The notes under the pieces were generated by a model. The model saw only the letters and a program-made list of their open reading frames with translations. It searched no databases and was not told where the DNA came from. Below, piece after piece: positions 58,161-64,000 of a stretch of DNA of 64,000 bases. Numbering within the stretch: the first letter of the stretch is position 1; every line of letters begins with the position of its first letter. The stretch comes from Clostridia bacterium (GTDB lineage: Bacteria; Bacillota; Clostridia; UBA1212): positions 20,169 through 84,168 of the forward strand of contig JAFSVU010000054.1 of the NCBI GenBank assembly GCA_017444825.1, in the 5' to 3' direction. The translations under genes and the position numbers were made by a program.

Positions 58161-61100
58161 ATGGTTAACGTACATGAAGTCTCACACGGTAAGAGTAAAC
58201 GGTACAGCTATTCGAGAAACGAAGAAGTTTTCGAGATGCCGAATCTCATTGCCATTCAAAAGGAATCCTATGAGCATTTTTGCAAAGTAGGCCTCAAGGA
58301 AGCGTTTCGTGATATTTCTCCTATTACCGACAGTACAGGTAAGTTACAGCTGGAATTTGGCGAATATACTATCGATTCGAAGACCAATTACACTATCGAA
58401 CAGTGCAAAGAGCGTGACGCCACGTATTCTTCACCGCTTAAGGTCATTGTGCGCTTTATCAACAGGAACAATGACGTTCAGCTTGAAGAGCCCATCTTCC
58501 TTGGCGACTTCCCGAAGATGACTGATAACGGTACCTTCGTGCTCAACGGTGCGGAGCGTGTTATCGTCAGCCAGCTGGTGAGGTCTCCCGGCGTGTACTT
58601 TGAGAAGAACGTTGATAAGGCCAAGAACCGTGAAACCATCAATATGACCATTATACCTAACCGCGGCGCATGGATCGAGTGCGAGATCGACCATACGAAC
58701 GTGGTACAGGTCAGGATCGACAGAAACCGCAAGGTGTGCATGACCACATTCCTGCGTGCTCTCGGTTTCAGCAGCGACGAGGACATTGAGGATCTTCTCG
58801 CTCCGAAGCGTCACCCCATGGCCACTCCCGAGGCACTTGCAGAGTACAATCTCGAACTGGACCAGAAGGTAAAGAGTACCATCGAGAAAGAGACTCCCGC
58901 AAGGACAGAGGAAGAGAAGCTCATGAGAGCAGGCGACAGAGCTCTCCTTGAGATCCACAGAAAGCTCAAACCCGGCGAGCCCGCCACAGTGGAATCCGCC
59001 AGGATGCACCTCTACGGACTTCTTTTCGAGCCCAGAAGGTATGATCTGGCAAAGGTCGGCCGCTATAAGATAAACAAGAAGCTTGCACTCTCCGCGAGGA
59101 TCGCAGGCTACGAGACACTGTTCGACATCGTTAACGAAGAGACAGGCGAGGTTCTGGCAAAGGCAGGCACTCTTCTCACCGAAGACCTTGCAAGAGAGAT
59201 CCAGGACGCAGGCATCAACGACGTCGTGATCAAGGTTCCGAAGAAGAACCCCGTTCGCGTCATCGGTAACAACACCGTTGATATGAGAGGCTTTGTTGAT
59301 TTCGATCCCGCCGAGATCGGCATCGAGGACAGAGTCAACTACACAGCTCTCACCGAGATACTGGACGCCTACAGAAACGAGCCCGTCGAGGAGCAGAAGA
59401 AGAGATTCCAGGAAGGCATCCACGAGCTTCTTCCGAAGACCGTTACTATTAATGACATTATAGCTTCTTTAAACTATATACTTAATATCGGCGAAGGCAT
59501 CGGTTCCTTCGACGACATCGACCACCTCGGAAACAGAAGGATCCGTTCGGTGGGCGAGCTTCTCCAGAACCAGTTTCGCATCGGTCTTGCAAGACTCGAG
59601 CAGGGCGCAAGAGACCGTATGTCTTCCATGGAAGTCAGCACGATCACTCCTGCGGCTCTCGTGAACACAAGACCCATCAATGCTGCTATCAAAGAGTTCT
59701 TCGGATCCTCTCAGCTGTCCCAGTTCATGGATCAGACGAACCCGCTGGCAGAACTCGCTAACAAGAGACGTCTCTCGGCCCTCGGCCCCGGCGGTCTCAA
59801 CAGAGACAGAGCCACGTTCCAGGTCCGCGACGTTCACTATACACACTACGGACGCATGTGCCCCATTGAGACTCCCGAAGGTCCTAACATCGGTCTTATC
59901 GGTTCTCTCAGTACGTATGCGCGTGTCAACGGCTACGGCTTCATCGAGGCTCCCTACCGCCGCTATGACAAGTCGAGAAACGTTGTAACGAAGGACATCG
60001 ACTACCTCATGGCTGACGAAGAGGACAGATACATCGTCGCTCAGGCTAACGAGCCCCTCGACGAGGAGGGCCATTTCATCAATTCGAAGGTCGTCTGCCG
60101 CTACAGAGACGAATTCATCCAGGTGGAGCCTGAAAAAGTTGACTACATGGACGTTTCGCCTAAGCAGGTGGTCTCCGTCGGCGCAGCTATGATCCCGTTC
60201 CTCGAGAACGACGACGCATCCCGTGCACTGATGGGATGTAACATGCAGCGTCAGGCCGTTCCGCTCATCAGATCCGAAGCGCCTATCGTGGCCACAGGTA
60301 TCGAGTACAAGGCCGCCGTTGATTCCGGCTCCGTGGTGCTCGCAAGAAAGTCCGGTGTCGTAAAGACCGTCTCCGCAAAAGAGATCATTATCGACAATGA
60401 CGACGGAACCGAAGACACATATCACCTCCTGAAGTTCATGCGCTCCAACCAGGATACGTGCATCAACCAGAAGCCCATCGTTAAGAAGGGTGAGCGCGTG
60501 TTCGAAAGACAGGTCATCGCAGACGGTCCTTCCACAGATAAGGGTGAGATCGCGCTTGGCAGAAACATGCTGATCGCCTTCATGACCTGGGAGGGCTTCA
60601 ACTACGAGGACGCCGTACTTATCAGCGAAAAAGTAGTTAAAGAAGATATCTACACATCCATCCACATCAAGGTGTATGAGTGTGAAGCAAGAGAAACAAA
60701 GCTCGGTCCCGAGGAGATCACAAACGACATGCCTCAGATCGGTGATGACCAGAAAAAGTACCTGGATTCCGAAGGTATCATCATGGCCGGCGCCGAGGTC
60801 AAGGCCGGCGACATCCTCGTCGGAAAAGTCACACCGAAGGGCGACAAAGAGAACGACAACTACCAGGAACTTCTCAACGCCTTCATGGGACCCATGGCCA
60901 ACGACACAAAGAACACGCCTCTCAGAGTTCCTCACGGCGAGGGCGGATTTGTCGTAAAAGTAGAACAATACAACCGCGAGAATTCGGATGAACTGGCCAA
61001 TGGCGTTCTCCGCAAGGTCTGCGTATACGTTGCCCAGAAGAGAAAGCTCTCCGTCGGTGACAAGATGGCCGGCCGCCACGGAAACAAAGGTGTTGTCTCC

Positions 61101-61949
61101 AGGATCCTTCCCGAAGAGGATATGCCTTACATGCCCGACGGCACGCCCGTTGAGATCGTTCTCAACCCCCTCGGCGTTCCTTCCCGTATGAATATCGGTC
61201 AGGTGCTTGAGGTACACCTTGGCTTTGCCGCCAAGTCCCTCGGCTGGAAGATCGAGACACCTGTTTTCGACGGTGCATCGGAGAAAGACATAGTTGAGAC
61301 TCTCCGCGAAGCGGGACTCCCCGAAGACGGAAAGATCCAGCTTTACGACGGAAGAACAGGTGAGCCTTTCGACAACAAGGTCACAGTCGGTATCATGTAT
61401 TACCTCAAGCTGCACCACCTCGTTGACGATAAGATCCATGCCCGTTCCATCGGACCGTACTCCCTCGTTACACAGCAGCCTCTCGGAGGAAAAGCTCAGT
61501 TCGGCGGACAGAGATTCGGTGAAATGGAAGTCTGGGCTCTCGAAGCTTATGGCGCTGCCCACACTCTGCAGGAGATCCTCACCATTAAGAGTGACGACGT
61601 CTACGGCAGAAATCAGGCTTACAAGGCCATCAAAGACGGCGCATCCCTGCCGGTTCCCGCAATTCCGGAGTCCTTTATGGTTCTCATCAAAGAGCTCCAG
61701 GGTCTGGCTCTCAGCGTAAAGATGTACACTACGGACGGCACACCTATCAACCTCAAAGAAGCTGAGGAAGAGTACGTGAAGAATCCGAGCCTGTTCAGGG
61801 GCAGACGCGCCGACAGGAGCAGAAAGGCCGCCAAGGCTGAAGACGCTCCGGCAGAGCAGAAAGAACAGGAAGAGCAGCCCGTGGCGCAGCCGGATGACAT
61901 TGGTTTCGAGGATGTTCTCGATGACGATTCAGATGATTCTGAGGTTTGA
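58161..61949 (+). CDS. rpoB: RNA polymerase beta subunit
   Basis: [53 protein letters not shown]. Confidence 0.99.
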   Translation: MVNVHEVSHGKSKRYSYSRNEEVFEMPNLIAIQKESYEHFCKVGLKEAFRDISPITDSTGKLQLEFGEYTIDSKTNYTIEQCKERDATYSSPLKVIVRFINRNNDVQLEEPIFLGDFPKMTDNGTFVLNGAERVIVSQLVRSPGVYFEKNVDKAKNRETINMTIIPNRGAWIECEIDHTNVVQVRIDRNRKVCMTTFLRALGFSSDEDIEDLLAPKRHPMATPEALAEYNLELDQKVKSTIEKETPARTEEEKLMRAGDRALLEIHRKLKPGEPATVESARMHLYGLLFEPRRYDLAKVGRYKINKKLALSARIAGYETLFDIVNEETGEVLAKAGTLLTEDLAREIQDAGINDVVIKVPKKNPVRVIGNNTVDMRGFVDFDPAEIGIEDRVNYTALTEILDAYRNEPVEEQKKRFQEGIHELLPKTVTINDIIASLNYILNIGEGIGSFDDIDHLGNRRIRSVGELLQNQFRIGLARLEQGARDRMSSMEVSTITPAALVNTRPINAAIKEFFGSSQLSQFMDQTNPLAELANKRRLSALGPGGLNRDRATFQVRDVHYTHYGRMCPIETPEGPNIGLIGSLSTYARVNGYGFIEAPYRRYDKSRNVVTKDIDYLMADEEDRYIVAQANEPLDEEGHFINSKVVCRYRDEFIQVEPEKVDYMDVSPKQVVSVGAAMIPFLENDDASRALMGCNMQRQAVPLIRSEAPIVATGIEYKAAVDSGSVVLARKSGVVKTVSAKEIIIDNDDGTEDTYHLLKFMRSNQDTCINQKPIVKKGERVFERQVIADGPSTDKGEIALGRNMLIAFMTWEGFNYEDAVLISEKVVKEDIYTSIHIKVYECEARETKLGPEEITNDMPQIGDDQKKYLDSEGIIMAGAEVKAGDILVGKVTPKGDKENDNYQELLNAFMGPMANDTKNTPLRVPHGEGGFVVKVEQYNRENSDELANGVLRKVCVYVAQKRKLSVGDKMAGRHGNKGVVSRILPEEDMPYMPDGTPVEIVLNPLGVPSRMNIGQVLEVHLGFAAKSLGWKIETPVFDGASEKDIVETLREAGLPEDGKIQLYDGRTGEPFDNKVTVGIMYYLKLHHLVDDKIHARSIGPYSLVTQQPLGGKAQFGGQRFGEMEVWALEAYGAAHTLQEILTIKSDDVYGRNQAYKAIKDGASLPVPAIPESFMVLIKELQGLALSVKMYTTDGTPINLKEAEEEYVKNPSLFRGRRADRSRKAAKAEDAPAEQKEQEEQPVAQPDDIGFEDVLDDDSDDSEV

Positions 61950-61966
61950 GTAAAGGAGGAAAAAAG

Positions 61967-64000
61967 ATGGCTACAGATTTCAGCTACGATTTAGGTAACG
62001 TCGGCTCCTTCCAGGTTGGCCTTGCGTCCCCGGACGAGATCAGAAAATGGGCGCGCGGCGAGGTCACAAAGCCCGAGACTATCAACTATAAAACACATAA
62101 ACCCGAACCCGACGGTCTTTTCTGCGAAAAGATCTTTGGGCCCAAAAAGGACAATGAATGCCGTTGCGGCAAATACAAGAAGGGCAAGCACATCGGACAG
62201 ACATGCAGCACCTGCGGTGTAGAGGTCACCACTTCCAAAGTAAGACGTATCCGTATGGGATATATCGACCTTGAAACTCCGATCGCTCACTTCTGGTACT
62301 ACAAAGGCATCCCCAGCCGTATGAGCACTGTTCTTGAAATCCCCCAGAAGGACCTTGAGAAGATCCTTTCCTATGCTCTCTACATAGTGACGGAGGACCA
62401 GACTCTGAACGTCAAAGACGAGACGGGCAAGCCCATCGAGCTCAAAAAATACGAGACCATCAGGACTGAGGACTACATTGAACTTTACCGCAGGAACGGA
62501 AGCCAGAAGATCAAGGTCGGTATGGGCGGCGAGACTATCCGCAACATGCTTAAGGAACTTGACCTCGACGAGCTCTCCGCATCCCTGAGAAAAGAGATCA
62601 ACGAGATAAGCAAGGACGCCGACTCCGGAAATCTCTCCAATACAGCTCAGCAGAGGATACTCAAGCTTTCAAAGCGTCTTGATACCATCGAGATGTTCAG
62701 AAAGTCCGGAACTTCCCCGGCAAACATGATGCTGGAAGCTCTCCCGGTAATTCCTCCGGATCTTCGTCCTCTTCTCCAGCTGGAGGGCGGCCGTTTCGGT
62801 ACATCCGACCTCACAGAGTTCTACCGTAAGATCATTTACAGGAACAACACTCTGAAGAAGCAGATGCAGTGCGGCGCACCTACCATCATCATCAACCAGC
62901 AGAAGAGAATGCTCCAGACTGCCGTTGACGCTCTCTTTGAGAACAGCAAGAGAGCAAAACCCTTCACGGGCAGCGGAAACAGAGCACTCAAGTCTCTCTC
63001 CGATATGCTCCGCGGTAAGCAGGGCCGCTTCCGTCAGAACCTTCTCGGTAAGCGTGTGGACTACTCCGGCAGAAGCGTTATCGTCGTAGGACCTGAGCTC
63101 AACATCCACGAGTGCGGCGTGCCTAAGGACATGGCTCTTGAACTCTTCAAGCCCTTTGTAATCCGCAAGCTTGTAAAAGACTACGGAAACAATGCGGTCG
63201 GAAACGCCCAGCCTTTCACAATGACCACAGCTGAAAAGGTGGTTGAAAAAGGCGAGGATCCGAGAGTCTGGAAAGCCCTCAACGAAGTAATCAAAGGCCA
63301 CCCGGTGCTTCTCAACCGTGCGCCTACGCTCCACCGTCTCGGTATCCAGGCATTCGAGCCCGTACTTGTAGAGGGTAAAGCTCTTAAACTCCATCCGTTG
63401 GTTTGTACAGCTTTCAACGCTGACTTCGACGGCGACCAGATGGCTATCCACATCCCGCTTTCTGTCGAGGCCCAGACCGAGGCAAGGTTCCTGATGCTTT
63501 CCATCAATAACCTGCTGGCTCCGAAGGACGGAAAACCGATCACCGTTCCTACACAGGATATGGTACTCGGAAGCTACTACCTCACGTTCACCACAGGTGA
63601 GAGCTACGACAACGCTCCCGTTTACAAGGACGAGGATGAGGCGAGAAAGGCATACGATCTCGGTATCATCAAGCTCCACACCCCGATCATAGTCAGGAGA
63701 AAAGCTGTCTGGGAAGGCAAAGAGATCACAGGCAGGATCCAGACCACCATCGGTAAGATCATATTCAACCAGGCCATTCCTCAGGATATAGGCATGGTGG
63801 ACAGATCGAAGAAGGAAAACATCTTCAAGCTTGAGGTAGACGAGCTCGTTAAGAAGGGCACCCTCACGACTATCATTGACAAGTGCATCAAGACCCACGG
63901 TCTCACCAAGTCCGCCAAGGTCATCGATAAGATAAAGGCTCAGGGCTACCAGTTCTCCACCAAGGGAGCTCTCACGGTCAGCGTTGCCGATATCACAGTG
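61967..64000 (+). CDS. rpoC: RNA polymerase beta' subunit, 5' part (runs off the window, absent from the ORF track)
   Basis: AAGGAGG RBS, ATG 61967; KPETINY, GLFCEKIFGP, GKQGRFRQNLLGKRVDYSGRS and catalytic FNADFDGDQM near 63413. Confidence 0.98.
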   Translation, partial: MATDFSYDLGNVGSFQVGLASPDEIRKWARGEVTKPETINYKTHKPEPDGLFCEKIFGPKKDNECRCGKYKKGKHIGQTCSTCGVEVTTSKVRRIRMGYIDLETPIAHFWYYKGIPSRMSTVLEIPQKDLEKILSYALYIVTEDQTLNVKDETGKPIELKKYETIRTEDYIELYRRNGSQKIKVGMGGETIRNMLKELDLDELSASLRKEINEISKDADSGNLSNTAQQRILKLSKRLDTIEMFRKSGTSPANMMLEALPVIPPDLRPLLQLEGGRFGTSDLTEFYRKIIYRNNTLKKQMQCGAPTIIINQQKRMLQTAVDALFENSKRAKPFTGSGNRALKSLSDMLRGKQGRFRQNLLGKRVDYSGRSVIVVGPELNIHECGVPKDMALELFKPFVIRKLVKDYGNNAVGNAQPFTMTTAEKVVEKGEDPRVWKALNEVIKGHPVLLNRAPTLHRLGIQAFEPVLVEGKALKLHPLVCTAFNADFDGDQMAIHIPLSVEAQTEARFLMLSINNLLAPKDGKPITVPTQDMVLGSYYLTFTTGESYDNAPVYKDEDEARKAYDLGIIKLHTPIIVRRKAVWEGKEITGRIQTTIGKIIFNQAIPQDIGMVDRSKKENIFKLEVDELVKKGTLTTIIDKCIKTHGLTKSAKVIDKIKAQGYQFSTKGALTVSVADITV

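Noticed and set aside
59469-61562. Long antisense ORFs (697 aa here; also 37631-38905, 62669-63898, 27245-28432, 14399-15574 and others)
   Set aside because: They shadow well-identified genes with biased codon usage, and have no RBS or recognisable motifs.
1-64000. tRNA, rRNA, transposase, prophage or alternative genetic code
   Set aside because: No such signatures were seen; intergenic gaps are short and all three stop codons end conserved genes normally.

Overview
A gene-dense chromosomal segment of a moderately GC-rich (roughly 52-55% by eye) Bacillota/Clostridia-like bacterium. It is mostly housekeeping: rpsF-ssb-rpsR, gdpP-rplI-dnaB-tilS-hpt-ftsH-recD2, ispE-prmA, an EF-G paralogue, fba, mutS, queA, gltX, ybaK, thrC-hom, rpoB and the 5' part of rpoC. 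About 14.6 kb of accessory DNA separates rpsR from gdpP. It holds an AT-rich tandem protease/membrane-partner cassette, two HD-GYP phosphodiesterases, a GH106-like glycosidase, an LRR/SGNH lipoprotein and an ABC exporter. No rRNA, tRNA, CRISPR array or transposase was seen. The main leads are: (1) a non-palindromic octamer AACCAATG (family MRCCAATR) strongly over-represented on both strands, often at gene boundaries and absent from the AT-rich island; (2) a papain-like protease plus partner locus built as variable cassettes between two homology blocks; (3) an RNA polymerase whose sigma-contacting surfaces are unusually divergent and which carries an H526N-equivalent rifampicin-pocket change; (4) a recD2-coupled nucleosidase / SPL-like radical SAM / SDR operon; (5) an EF-G2 with degenerate GTPase motifs behind a structured leader. 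All calls come from reading motifs by eye; no database searches were run.
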